From Octopus vulgaris (Eukaryota), in the NCBI GenBank assembly GCA_951406725.2, contig OX597822.1:73532001-73596000 (forward strand): DNA of 64,000 nucleotides, read 5' to 3'. Below are positions 13,473 through 25,705 of the stretch, one piece after another. How positions within the stretch are numbered: position 1 is the stretch's first letter; the number at the start of each line of letters is the position of its first letter. Position numbers and translations under genes: made by a program. The notes under the pieces were generated by a model. That model saw only the letters and a list, made by a program, of their open reading frames with translations, did not search any database and was not told the DNA's origin.

Positions 13473-13711
13473 GTAGTCAGACCCAGCAGGTGTCGCTACT
13501 GATCGTCTCTGTTCGAAGGCTTTATTTACCTAGTTTCGGTGGAATACATCCACTTGTTTCCAATAATAGAAATATTAAAATTACTAAGTCTCTCTAAAAG
13601 AGATTACGGCAGCGTTACTGGAAATTAATTGTTATCGCCATATTAATATGGCAGTCTTATAGATATAAGACTAAATAAAATGTGAGTATTTTATTTATGT
13701 TCCCTCGTAAG

Positions 13712-13772
13712 CTCTACTGAAGAAGAATATATCCTTTATAGGGATTAATTCCGAAATTGATTCAATATAGAG
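13712..13772 (+). ncRNA. Type I hammerhead ribozyme, intact core
   Basis: ctcta-CTGAAGA-agaatatatcctttatagggattaattcc-GAAA-ttgattcaa-TA^tagag. Stem I is ctcta/tagag, stem II is gaat..atcc/ggat..attc, stem III is attg/caat. Confidence 0.75.
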
Positions 13773-13900
13773 ATAACGAAATTTAAATTTTCTAAAGGTT
13801 AGTTGCCCGCTTTCAGTTCAATTTTCCTGTAACAAGTGGATTATAGGTGGATAAATCAGTGTATTGGCTATAGAATAACCTTCTTTAGCCCTTAATTATA

Positions 13901-13941
<41 letters not shown>

Positions 13942-14404
13942 TTCACGTGAAATGTGCTTTGTTATGTTGCACATGTCTTTTCATTGTATATTCTTGTTAT
14001 ATTTTAGCTCTTGGACAACTGTAAATGCAGCAGACCTATGATTAAAAGTATTGCACTTGCAACCACCTTATGCTTTATATATTGGAAGAGGAATCCAACA
14101 TCAGAACACAGCAAAATCACATTTTAGCTTCTGCACATTCAATGTTTACCTAGTTTCGGTAAAACACGTACCATCACACACATATGTACTTCAAAGATGA
14201 GCAACAAACAATTCATTGAAGGAAAGGGTGCAAAATGGACTCAAGATCACTTCTGCATATGTACTGCATGAAATAATAATGGATGTACATCGTATTTAGC
14301 AGCAGTTGTTTATCGGGTGACAATGATGGTAAAAATTAAATAGGATGACAAATAAAGATGTGACAAAACATTTCTAAATCAAGCAGGTACTAAGCGCTAA
14401 GAGC

Positions 14405-14846
14405 ACCATAGAACACTAAGAGCACCATCCGAGCGTGATCGTTGCCAGAGCAGCTGGCTGGCTTCCGTGCTGGTGGCACGTAAAAAGCACCATTCAAGAG
14501 TGATCATGACCAGTGTTGCCTCACTGGCACTTGTGCCGGTGGCACGAGAAAAAGCATTCGAGCAAGGTCGTTGCCAGTGCCGCTGGACTGGCTCCTGTGT
14601 AGGTAGCATGTAAAAAACACCATTTGAGTGTGGCTGTTGCCAGTACAGCCTGACTGGCCCTTGTGCCGGTGGCACGTAAAAGCACCCACTACACTCTCAG
14701 AGTGGTTGGCATTAGGAAGGGCAACAAGCTGTCGAAACTCTGCCAGATCAGATTGGAGCCTGGTGCAGCCATCTGGTTTGCCAGTCCTCAGTCAAATCGT
14801 CCAACCCATGGAAAGCGGACATTAAACGATGATGATGATGATGATA
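14405..14846 (+). mobile_element. RTE LINE 3' UTR fragment with tandem subrepeats and a (GAT)n tail
   Basis: Repeated gtggcacgtaaaagcacc units, then gagtggttggcattaggaagggca...ccaacccatgg...(gat)n. It matches 23330-23728, downstream of the RTE ORF. Confidence 0.8.
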
Positions 14847-15639
14847 ATATTGGGTTGGATTGCTTATGTTCAGTCCCCTGCAGGACAAGAACCTCAGCTT
14901 GTCCTCTCTACCAACAACAGTCTGATGTAGAAGCCATGAATTTGAACTTGAGATCATACTCGGATGAGCCAGCTCTTCCACACTGGCTTGATATGGCTTA
15001 GCAGAGAGGTGCAGTATTAGCAGTGGTGGGGTGGTAAGCTTGCTTTCCAACTGCATGGTTCTGGGTTTAGTCTCAAAGTGATGAAAATGTTTTGGCAAAT
15101 CAAATTTAAATGCTGAAGTGAATCTAACAGTTTTTGTGTGTGTTTTAAATGGCTTATAAACATCTTCCATGCTGCAATTGTTTTTGTTTCAGCACACAAT
15201 CTCAGATTAGGTCACTTGCTATGCAAGTACATCTCCGTAATGATATAAAGAGTTAACAAAAAAACTTTTAATATTAGAAACTTTAAGCGAACACAATGTT
15301 GGTGACATTTTCTGACATTGTAATTATACCTAAGGTTCAATGTGTGGTCCCTGACAGAACAACACAGAACAGTCCGTTCATGAATAGACAAGTCAAGAAA
15401 AACAGACTTAGTTTACTCAGCATGATTACAGTCTGATAATAGAAACAAGTAGGGACTAGTACAGCTGTGTGGTTAAGAAATGAGTTTCCCAACCAAGTGG
15501 TTTCAAGTTCAATCCCACTGCATGGTACTTTGGATGTCTTCTATTATAGCCCCAAACCAACTGATGACTTGAGTCGATTTGAAAGACAAAAACTGGGAGA
15601 AACCCATCATCATCATACAGTGTTTTAAATCCAGCTTTT

Positions 15640-15960
15640 GTCCCTGTTAACGGGGGTGGCCAGATCTACCTCAATGCCATAGCAACTGCCCTCACACCAT
15701 CTTTTCCCAGTTTTGGGCATCCTCCTTTTTCAAACCAACCCTCCCAATCTCCTCCTCTACCTGTCCCCCTCCACCTTTTTCTCGGTCTACTTCACTTTCA
15801 CGCTGTATTTACTTCAAATGTAATCACCTTCCTCAGAACATGCTCTTCATCCCTCCTCAACACATGCCCATACCACCTCACTCCACTCACCCTTGCCAAC
15901 CATTCCACCGATTTGTCCAACCCCAGCATCCCCATCAAATCCTCAGTCCTCCTCTTATCA

Positions 15961-15962
<2 letters not shown>
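15640..15962 (-). mobile_element. RTE LINE 3' coding fragment
   Basis: DLMGMLGLDKSVEWLARVSGVRWYGHVLRRDEEHVLRK. Confidence 0.8.
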
Positions 15963-16010
<48 letters not shown>

Positions 16011-16329
16011 CGTGTTTGTGTCTTCTTGGCTTGACATTGTGTGATATTTGTAAACAAGCATCACTGCTGTAAAAGATCTGCTTCAATGAATGCTGTCTGA
16101 TCCATGAAATCATGGAAAAGGGGGGGCATTAAAACAGTGATGATGAGGAAGATGATATATTCAGTGTGGCAGTTTGGCTGGCAAACATGAGATTCTGAGG
16201 TCCATCTCACTATGCACACCTTGAGTAAGCCTTCTGCAATAACATTTGGTCAATTCAAGACCTGTTAGTGAAATAGTGGAGATGGAAACTATGTGAAATC
16301 TCACCAGATGGAAAATAGTTGTCAGGCAG

Positions 16330-16487
16330 ATGCTGAGTGGTTGGTGTTAGGAAGGGCATCCAGCTGTAAAAATCCTGCCAAAACAGTCACAGATGTTTGG
16401 TGCATGGCCAGCTCTTGTGATACTGTACCACTCATGCTAGCATGGAAGATGGATGTTAAGCAATGATGATGATAATGATGATGATGA
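16330..16487 (+). mobile_element. RTE-tail / Meta-domain-like fragment
   Basis: gagtggttggtgttaggaagggcatccagctgtaaaa...catgctagcatggaag...(gat)n. A related minus-strand copy lies at about 16615-16790 and a plus-strand copy at about 27010-27180. Confidence 0.65.
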
Positions 16488-16908
16488 AGTGCCTGTTGAA
16501 TACTCTATAATTGAATGAGTAAGTGGTTTTGTTGGTTGAACAATTGACAAAAGACAAGTACACTAAAAAGCCTCTTGATTCAGTTAATCTGCTGAAAAAT
16601 AATGGCAATCATCAACAGCATTGTTTAATGTGCATATTCAATGCTGGCTGGGGTTGAATGGTTTAGCAGGATCCGATGTGACCAAGAACTGCATTGTGCT
16701 CCAGTGTCTGTTTACGCATGGTTTCTACAGCTTGATGCCCTTCCTAATGCTACCACTTTACCGCATTGACTGAGAGCCTTTTTCATGCTACCTGCACTAC
16801 AGAAGTCCCCTGCAGCTCACAGAACTACCCAGAGATGGGGATCAGCTTCATGTTAGTGGATGAGGGGATTGAACAATAAGAAAAGGAGAAGCAGTGCAGA
16901 TTCTTGTA

Positions 16909-17130
16909 GGCGAGCTGGCAGAAACGTTAGCACACAGGGCAAAATGCTTTCATCTTCCACTACACTCTGAGTTCAAATTCCGCCGAGATCGACTTTGCCT
17001 TTCATCCTTTCAGGGTTGATTAAATAAGTACCAGTTATGTACTGGTCTCGATGTAATCGACTTAATCCATATGTCTTTCCTTGTTTGTCCCCTCTGTGTG
17101 TAGCCCCTTGTGGGCAGTAAAGCAATAAGA
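16909..17130 (+). mobile_element. tRNA-derived SINE with a Nin/Deu-type core (family B)
   Basis: Head ggcgagctggcagaaacgttagca...gagttcaaattcc, then core gactttgcctttcatcctttcagggttgattaaataagtaccag. Other copies lie at about 42040-42120 (-) and 49645-49830 (+). Confidence 0.75.
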
Positions 17131-17554
17131 AGAGGGGAAGCAGTGCAGGTTCTTGTAGAGAACATGGCTACTTGGATCTAGAACAATTTTTTTCTTTTCA
17201 TTTTCCAGGTAGAACAGCTGCTATCTCAAAAGCAGAAGGAACATCATATCTCAGAGAACATAAACCGATGACCCTGGTTGAACTGTCATATGTCACAACT
17301 GCTGAGCAAGTTATTGAGATATATGGTATGCAAATGATCAAATAGCCACTGTGCCCATAAAAGAGCTTCTGCAGAAGTACCAGGGTGTATTCCTTCAAAT
17401 GTAGTATAATGTGCATTGGATAGCTGGTTTGTTAATCTGTAACACATATAAATTTGAGCAAAGCACTATGATGATTAGAGGCAGGCAATAATCCAGTTAC
17501 CAGTAAATGAAAGACATCACCTTAAACTCTCAATTTGTAAACACTCTCAACATG

Positions 17555-18102
17555 TACACTATTTACATTTGACAGATATTTGTCCTCATCTTGTTTGTTG
17601 TTAACACAACATTTCGTCTGATATACCATCCAGCCTTCATCAGGTGTCTTAGGGAAATTTCGAACCAGGGTTCTCATTCCTATGATGTAGTGGTTAAGAG
17701 CGCAGGCTACTAACCCCAAGATTCCAAGTTTGATTCCAAGCAGTGACCTTGAACGATTATAATAATAATAATAATAATGATAATAATACCTTTATCAGAC
17801 GGGTAGTCATGATGGGTATACTGGGCTTCGTATATTTTTCTCCAGTGTCACTTTGATGGCCTGCACTGCTCTCTCACTCAATAATAATAATAATAATAAT
17901 AACAACAACAATAATAATAATAATATCGAAAAATACCTTAGGAATGAGAATCCAAGTTCAAAATTTCCCCAAGACACCTGATGAAGGCTGGAGGGTATAT
18001 CAGCCGAAACGTGTTAACAACAAACATGATGAGGACAAATATCCATCAAATATAAATAATGTAAATAATGTACATAATTCCTCATCTCTTAAATATAGAA
18101 CT
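17555..18102. mobile_element. Inverted pair of hammerhead-bearing PLE-like repeats around a tRNA-like head and an (AAT)n-tailed fragment
   Basis: 17555-17682 (-) and 17938-18065 (+) are reverse complements. Both contain gacac-CTGATGA-aggctg..cag(c/a)c-GAAA. Between them are a tRNA-like head (gtagtggttaagagcgc...gtttgattcc, about 17687-17748) and a fragment 17788-17880 ending in (aat)n. Confidence 0.7.
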
Positions 18103-18324
18103 GTACTCTCGACATGTATACATCATCCCTGTTTGAAGCTAGGTCTTACTATTTAGTTTGCAGCACTTAAGCTGAAATGTAATAGTGTGTTGTAGCATCA
18201 TTCACCATTGGTTCTATAGTTTAATTTTTCTGTAGCTTATGCACAAATAAATAATCTAGCTTTGACTTGAATTCACCACAGCCTAAATACAGTTGTCCAG
18301 GAATTGTAGAGATGAAATTACCAT

Positions 18325-18500
18325 TGTTCTTAATGTCCACTTATCCATGTTTGCATGGATCAAACGGAAATTTTGTTGAGGCAGATTTTCTATGGCCGGA
18401 TGCCCTTCCTGTCACCAACCCTCACCTGTTTCCATGTAAGGTAATACTTCCCCATGACCAGATGTTTTTACAGAAGACTGGAAATAAAGGACAGTGGTTA
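18325..18500 (-). mobile_element. Meta-domain SINE-like fragment
   Basis: Minus strand ggttggtgacaggaagggcatccggccatagaaaatctgcc...catgcaaacatggataagtggacattaa. Confidence 0.6.
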
Positions 18501-18567
18501 CATAACTGTGACTTGTCTACCACAACCAGGCAGTATCAAGACAAGGTAACAAAAACACACACACATC

Positions 18568-18651
<84 letters not shown>

Positions 18652-19493
18652 GCCCGCTGACAATAATTTCTGTCAAAGCAAATCTTTCTGCTGTTTTCAT
18701 GGCTATACTGCATTTGAAATATTGACTGTATGATATAATACACGTTTGATGCTTTCAGGAACAAAAAAAAGTTGGTTTACATACAATTGTTGCATTTTCT
18801 AAATTAAGTTAATTTTTTTTTTAATTAATTTATTTAATTTGTACATTAATCGTGAAACTAGTTTTGTATTGACCACAGTAACTAATAAAATAGACATCAT
18901 CTATCTAGCTCGCCTTACATAATTTTTGCACCAAGGAGAAAAGTCCGTTTGTTTTTATTTTACTTTTATTTTAAAAACAGCCATTCAACATGGAGTTCAG
19001 CTTTAACTGCTCTTTCTCCCTCTTTTTGTCTTTATATGTATATACATAATTTGCTACTATCAGCTCAGTGACAGATTAGAAAGTGTGTTTGAATGTGGAT
19101 GAAGAAGAATGTTTCTTCTCCCTCTCTTACATATATATATATAGTGTTCCAAATGCCATACCAGTATAATTTTTTAAAAAATTATACTGGTACATTAAAA
19201 AATTTTCATTTTATCAACATATAAACTTCAAAGTTATACACCTATTTTGTCTAATAGCATTTATTCATTCAATAAATAATTTTTTTACATGACATATATA
19301 GAATAAATCATGGATTTTGAAAACAGCAAATTAAAAATTGAAATGAATATATATTAAATTATCATTGATGAAAATACAGGCATAAGAGACTGAGAGACTG
19401 TTGCAAATGAAAACAGAAAATTTCACTTGCAACAAATTAATGCTTATTAAACACTAGCTGACATGTCGTCAATAATGATAGCTATTTGTAGTA

Positions 19494-20995
19494 TCTCTCT
19501 ATATATAAAACTGAGAATGTGTCTGTCTGTCTGTGTGTTTCCCTAAAACTTGAGAACTACACAACCAATTTCATTCAAATTTTACACATGCCTTACTTAG
19601 GGTCCATGTAGTTGCATGGGCAAAAAAAATGTTCAACTTCTTACCTAGAGCGACCCCATAGCAATATCATATCTTCTCCACTATTTCAGTATTACGTGTT
19701 AAAAGTGAAACAAAAATATTTCTCTATTTTATGTCAGATGCTTTCACTTTAACAATAAAAATAATAATAACAATTGAATTATATGTAGTAAGTAATAATT
19801 AAAATCAAACTAAAGTATAATATTATTGTAACATAACAAAAGTAAAAATAGCAATTGGTATAAAATTGCATCAATGACTTGAACTTGAATCAGTGGTTTC
19901 ACATGAATGGGAATAAATAAAAAATAAAATTAGCGTGCAGAAATGGAATAGTCCAGATGGAGAGATTATTTGCAAATTAGCTAGTATTAAGTATCTATAT
20001 GAAGTTTGGCTGTATGTAACGTCTGTTTTCTCGAAAGATGCTTCTACTGAGTACTGTTGTTGGTTTATTTCTGATCTATAAAGGCCTATAGCTTCAACAG
20101 AGTACTGCTTTTTGGTTTACTGTAAGGTTTGTTGGTTCCTCATAAGGGAAGCGTTGTTGTGTTGCATTTGTTAAATAATTGTAAACCGTAACCCTCCCCC
20201 TTGGGAGAAGGAGCTTTGGTTATTATTTAAAAATTGAACTGTGTCCCTGTTTGGGGGAAATTGACAATATTTTCACCGTTTACATGGAAGCACTTTTGTT
20301 AAAATGCCTTCGATAGAAGAAAGTCCAAAAATGAATTTCGCTGCAGCCGTCAGCGGGCGCGAACTCATTGAAATTAAAATGGAAGAAATACGGATTGATC
20401 ACCGACAAAGACGGTGAATCTAGGATAACACCACCAAACGAAATAAAAAATTAAATTAAAGAAAAGACTATTGTCTATAAAGTATACAATGTAGAGAAAA
20501 AAAAAAGATTTGAACACCTGGAGGAAAGCACCATCGAAAAGTGTCTTGGTGCGACTATGAAAGATATAAGGTATCTAACCAGAGGCAGTAAATTCACCAC
20601 AATAGAAGCAAGGTTCGAGTCAACAGAGCGTGCAAGGGAGTACTCAACTCGAACCTTGCAAAGTGGAAATATTTTATTTTTACCTTTATATCTGGGACGT
20701 AGGATGTCCCGGATAAAAATTAAAAATGTCCCCCCAAAGGTAGAGGTAGGCTGGATTGTAGCCACACTTCTATACAAGAGGGAGGACAAGATACAATTGA
20801 TCGAAATTGCAAGAGATGGGCCTACAATTCCAGTCTGTTATATATTTTCAGTATTGTTATCACTAGCGATATCAAGATATAAGTTTGCATTTTGTATTTT
20901 ATGTGTAGATATATATAGAGAGATGTACATGTAATATGTACACATATATACATGCACTAGTACTATGATCCAGCAACGACGGGTCATAATGCTAG
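19494..20995 (+). mobile_element. Non-autonomous Helitron-like element, interrupted by a Tx1 fragment
   Basis: A|TC start with atatataaaa..gtctgtctgt. The 3' end has an imperfect hairpin (ccagcaacgacggg) then ctag|T. Confidence 0.7.
20020..20815 (+). mobile_element. Tx1/L1-clade 5' UTR + ORF1 fragment (third family)
   Basis: MPSIEESPKMNFAAAVSG from 20304, then IVYKVYNVEKKKRFEHLEESTIEKCLGATMKDIRYLTRG...LPLYLGRRMSRIKI. It is homologous to the ORF1s at 30580 and 34320. Confidence 0.75.
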
Positions 20996-21271
20996 TTTTA
21001 TATATAAATAAGGCACATAATAATCACACATACAAACATTCACATGCTTCCCTTGTTCACGCACACGCATACAAATATATACTAACAGAGTTGAAACGCT
21101 GATCTTTTTTTTCATCCCTTCCTTCCTTTCATTGCTATAACTTTCTCACACTCCCTCTCAGTCAGCGCTATTACTCTCACTACTTCTCCTTCACTTAATT
21201 ACTATTTTCTCTCCTCTGCATCCAATGTGATTCTGGACAAATATATATATATATATATATAGTTCCTTATA

Positions 21272-23728
21272 TGACAGTTCCTTAGTAGTTAAGGCAATTA
21301 CAAGCATGAAAACAGGGAAAGCCCCAGGCCCATCAGGAATTACTGTAGAGATGCTCAAAATATCTGGTAGTGTCGGCTATAGCCTAGTCACCCATATAGT
21401 TAACCAGGTGATACACGAAGGAGTCATACCCAATGACTGGTGTAGCAGCATAATAGTCATGTGCTACAAAGGTAAAGGTGACGCCCTAGATACAAATAAC
21501 TACAGGGCTATCAAGCTGCTGGATCAGGTAATGAAGGTTACGGAGAGGGTTATAGCCCAACTAATTAGAGAGAGAGTTAGCTTAGATGAGATGCAGTTTG
21601 GGTTCATGCCAGGGAAAAGTACTACTGATGTTATCTTCCTGGTAAGACAGCTGCAGGAGAAATACCTAGCCAAAGACAAGCCCCTATACCTGGCTTTTGT
21701 TGATATGGAGAAAGCCTTCGACAGGGTCCCCCGATCCCTTATCTGGTGGTCAATGAGGAAACTAGGGATAGATGAATGGTTAGTGAGAGCTGTACAAGCC
21801 ATGTACAGAGACGCTGCTAGTAAGGTGAGGGTTGGCATCGAGTACAGTGAAGAATTCAGGGTAGAGGTTGGGGTCCACTAAGGTTCAGTCCTCAGTCCCC
21901 TCCTATTTATCATAGTCCTCCAGGCAATAACGGAGGAATTCAAGACAGGATGCCCCTGGGAGCTCCTCTATGCTGATGACCTTGCTCTAATTGCTAAGTC
22001 TCTATCAGAACTGGAGAAGTTTCAGGTGTGGAAGCAAGGTTTAGAATCGAAGGACCTTAGAATCAACCTAGCCAAAACCAAAGTCCTAATAAGTAGGAAG
22101 GTAGACCAATCACAAACGCCTTCAGGTAGATGGCCCTGTAGAAAAGGCGTAGGTAGAAACTCTATAAGATGCACCAAATGTAAGCTATGGACACATTTTT
22201 TAAAGACTCCGCCGGTTACAACGACGAGGGTCCCAGCTGATACGATCAACGGAACAGCTTGCTCGTGAAATTAACGTGCAAATGGCTAAGCATTCCACAG
22301 ACACGTGTACCCTTAACGTAGTTCTCGGGGATAATCAGCGTGACACAGAGAGTGACAAGGCTGACCCTTTGAAATACAAGTACAACTCATTTTTGCCAGC
22401 TGAGTGGACTGGAGCAACGTGAAATAAAGTGTCTTGCTCAAGGACACAACGCGTCGCCGGGAATCGAACTCACAACCTTACGATCATGAGCCGAATGCCC
22501 TAACCACTAAGCCACGCGCCCTCACTTTATGGACACATAAGAGATGTAGTAATGTCAAAGGAAGACTAACTAGGAAAATAGTTTTTATCTGTGGCAGATG
22601 CTCAGGAGCAATAAACTCTGAAAATATGCAGAGACCAACTTCTACCACGTTCCAGGGAGAAAAACTAGAAGTAGTTGATAGCTTCCGCTACCTAGGTGAC
22701 CAAGTCAGCAGCGGGGGCGGGTGTGCTGAAAGTGTAACTGCTAGAGTAAGAATAGCCTGGGCAAAGTTTAGAGAGCTCTTACCCTGGCTGGTGACAAAAG
22801 GCCTCTCGCTCAAAGTAAAAGGCAGACTGTATGATGCATGTGTACGTACAGCCATGCTACATGGTAGTAAAACTTGAGCTGTGACTGCTGAGGATTTGCG
22901 TAAGGTCGCAAGAAATGAAGCTAGTATGCTCCGATGGATGTGTAATGTCAGTGTTCATAATCGACAGGGTGTAAGTACCTTGAGAGAAAAGCTGGACCTA
23001 AGAAGCATCAGTTGTTGTGTGCAAGAGAGACGACTGCGCTGGTATGGTCATGTGGCGAGAATGGATGAAGATAGGTGTGTGAAAAAGTGCCACACCCTGG
23101 CAGTTGAGGGGACCTGTGGAAGAGGTAGACCCAAGAAAACCTGGGACGAGGTGGTGAAGCACGACCTTCGATCTTTAGGTCTCACCAAGGAAATGACTAG
23201 AGATCGAGACCTATGGAAGTATGCTGTGTGTGAGAAGACCCGGCAAGACCAGTGAGAACAGTCAGAATCAAAATCAAAATGAAAATCAAACCAAATCAAA
23301 TCAGATATCAGAAAGCAGAACCAAAATTGAGGTCGATCAACATCAGTGGAAGTTGCAGCTGTGGTTAAGCGAACCATCCGATCGTGGCCGTTGCCGGCAC
23401 CGCCCCGTCTGGCCTCCGTGCCAGTGGCACGTAAAAGCACCATCCATTCGTGTCCGTTGCCAGCCTCACCTGGCCGCCGTTCCGGTGGCACGTAAAAGCA
23501 CCATACGTTCGTGGCCGTTTGCCAGCTCCGTCTGGCACCTGTGTGGGTGGCATGTATAAAGCACCCACTACACTCACGGAGTGGTTGGCGTTAGGAAGGG
23601 CATCCAGCCATAGAAACACTGCCAGATCTGACTGGGCCTGATGCAGCCTTCCGGCTTCACAGACCCCAGTTGAACCGTCCAACCCATGCTAGCATGGAAA
23701 ACAGACGCTAAATGATGATGATGATGAT
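21272..23728 (+). mobile_element. 5'-truncated RTE LINE (RT domain, C-terminus, 3' UTR), inserted in (AT)n
   Basis: KAPGPSG, NYRAIKLL, QFGFMPGKST, FVDMEKAFDRV, GVH*GSVLSPLLF, LLYADD, FRYLG and RRLRWYGHV motifs. There are stops, frameshifts and a SINE insertion. It ends in (gat)n. Confidence 0.95.
22197..22527 (-). mobile_element. tRNA-derived CORE-type SINE (family C) inserted into the RTE
   Basis: 11-bp TSD tatggacacat at 22186-22196 and 22528-22538. Minus strand has A/B boxes (gtggcttagtggttagg...gagttcgattccc) and a core gtgtccttgagcaagacactttatttcac. Confidence 0.9.
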
Positions 23729-24415
23729 ATATATATATATATAAACAATTCAAATACTCAATAAACTTCAGAAATCGAAATTACAGAAAATTTCTTGGAA
23801 CAAGAATTTATCAAAAAATTTCCAGATAGTTAAGTCTTTAATAATTGCTTTCTTTTAATAACTGTCACATACCTAATTAATAAGCAGCTGTCTTCAATAC
23901 AATACACACACACATATATATATCATCATTTAACATCCACTTTCAGCGCTGGCACAGATGGATGTGTATGATATTCATGCTGGTAAATGTATTTACTTAG
24001 TGTAGTGTATATGTCTTGAGAGATTTGTATGTGTATAGGTAGATGTATTTTATATGTGTGTGCATCAGTGTGTGTACATAGGTATATGTGGACATGTATG
24101 TACATGTTTATGTATGTATATACACGCATCTATAACTGTGTATATGCACAGGTGTGACTGTGTATATAGTTGCATTTATCAATAATATACTTGAATGTGT
24201 GTGGAGTGGAAGGTAGTCTAGTTTGATTAATTCATGCAGAGGATTTGCACCTGTTCTTTATGTGAACATTCATGCTTGAATACTTTGCTTTGTTGATATT
24301 CAAATTCTTAGCTATCTTCTCAAGGTGGGCCTAATAATAACTTGGTTGGCTTGTTTTAAATGATTACCTTTCAAAATGTTAAAATTATTTCATAAAATCT
24401 TTAGAACTTTCCTTA

Positions 24416-24700
24416 GGTGCAGGAGTGGCTGTGTGGTAAGTAGCTTGCATACCAACCACATGTTCATTCCCACTGCGTGGCTCCTTGGGCAAGTGTCATC
24501 TACTATAGCCTCGGGCCAACCAAAGCCTTGTGAGTGGATTTGGAAGACAGAAACTGAAAGAAGGCGGTTGTGTATATATATATGTATATATATGTGTGTG
24601 TCTGTCTTAGTCCCCCCAACATCACTTGACAACCAATGGTGTGTTTACGTCTAAAGGCAGCATGGCCACAGTCAATTGACTGAAACAAGTAAAAATATAA
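24416..24700 (+). mobile_element. SINE family A, internally deleted
   Basis: ggtgcaggagtggctgtgtggtaagtagcttgc...gcatggccacagtcaattgactgaaacaagtaaaa. Confidence 0.85.
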
Positions 24701-24736
24701 AAGATATATTACATACATACATATTATATAGATATA

Positions 24737-25694
24737 TCTTCTCTATATATAAAAGGCAGTTTGTTTGTCTGTGTGTCTGTCAGGTTGTACCCTCACCCTA
24801 ACCACAGCTTTCAACCGATTCTGATGAAACTTGACACACACATAGCCCAATGTCATAATTCAAAACTAACGCAGCGACAATTTTGAAAAGTTCCCCCAGT
24901 TCTGAAAAAAATCAATAAATTCGACATGGGGTTGAGAATCTAAGCTTTTCATATGGAACACATTTTCTGTTGTAGTTTTCGCAACTTGCAATCGATTTTC
25001 ACCAAACTCATAGTGAAGCTTAATGTTACCCTAAGAAACTTAATTCTGACGTTAGTTTTCCAGGCAATACCTTACCATCAGAAAAAGTCGATAAAATCAT
25101 GCCATTTAGGGAAATCGCGTTCAAATTCAAGATGACATATTTTCGACAATATCTTTAACAAATTGGCAGGATTTTTTTTTTAAATTCACAGCGAGCATCA
25201 TGTCTGCTCCAAGGAGCTATATGGCCCTTTTTATTCCAATAGGATACTTTATTACTGGAAAAAAATCGGTTAATTAAATCATATGTGGCACACATAGCAA
25301 ACCGATTTGTGTATTAAACACAAGCCACAGACTGTCTAGAGGACGCAACTCAACCTTCTTTAACTCTCTTACTCCCCCAAATAACTATCAAACAGCTATC
25401 GATAATTCAACCCACAGGAGGAAATCTAGACTTAATCTTCAAGGTATCCCACATACAAACCAAAGATTACATCGAAACCTCCAGACTAACCTAAGTATTG
25501 GTGAACCAATTCCTACCAGGAAGAAATTACATTCGAGACTTTACCCCCAACACCGCCACTTCAAGCAGTCAACGAGACAAAACATGACCAGACAACATAA
25601 CCATGGCATATTTCTGCTAATCGCTGCTGCAGCCGCAAGTCGTTTCCTACTAGTGGCTCTTACATACCCGGGCAACGCCGGGCTATGCTGCTAG
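24737..25694 (+). mobile_element. Non-autonomous Helitron
   Basis: A|TC start. The 3' end has the hairpin cccgggcaacgccggg then gctag|T. No TSD. Confidence 0.85.
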
Positions 25695-25705
25695 TATAAC
25701 ATATA

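Larger units (their letters stand above)
13261..13895. mobile_element. Non-coding PLE-like (retrozyme-like) repeat carrying hammerhead motifs
   Basis: A 50-bp direct repeat (ttaa(c/t)tgttatcgccatattaatatggcagtcttatagatataagactaaa) at 13261 and 13625, flanked by (AT)n, with hammerhead motifs inside. Confidence 0.6.

Noticed and set aside
17687-17748. Functional tRNA gene (also other tRNA-like heads)
   Set aside because: The B box is degenerate and there is no complete acceptor stem. These are SINE-type heads.
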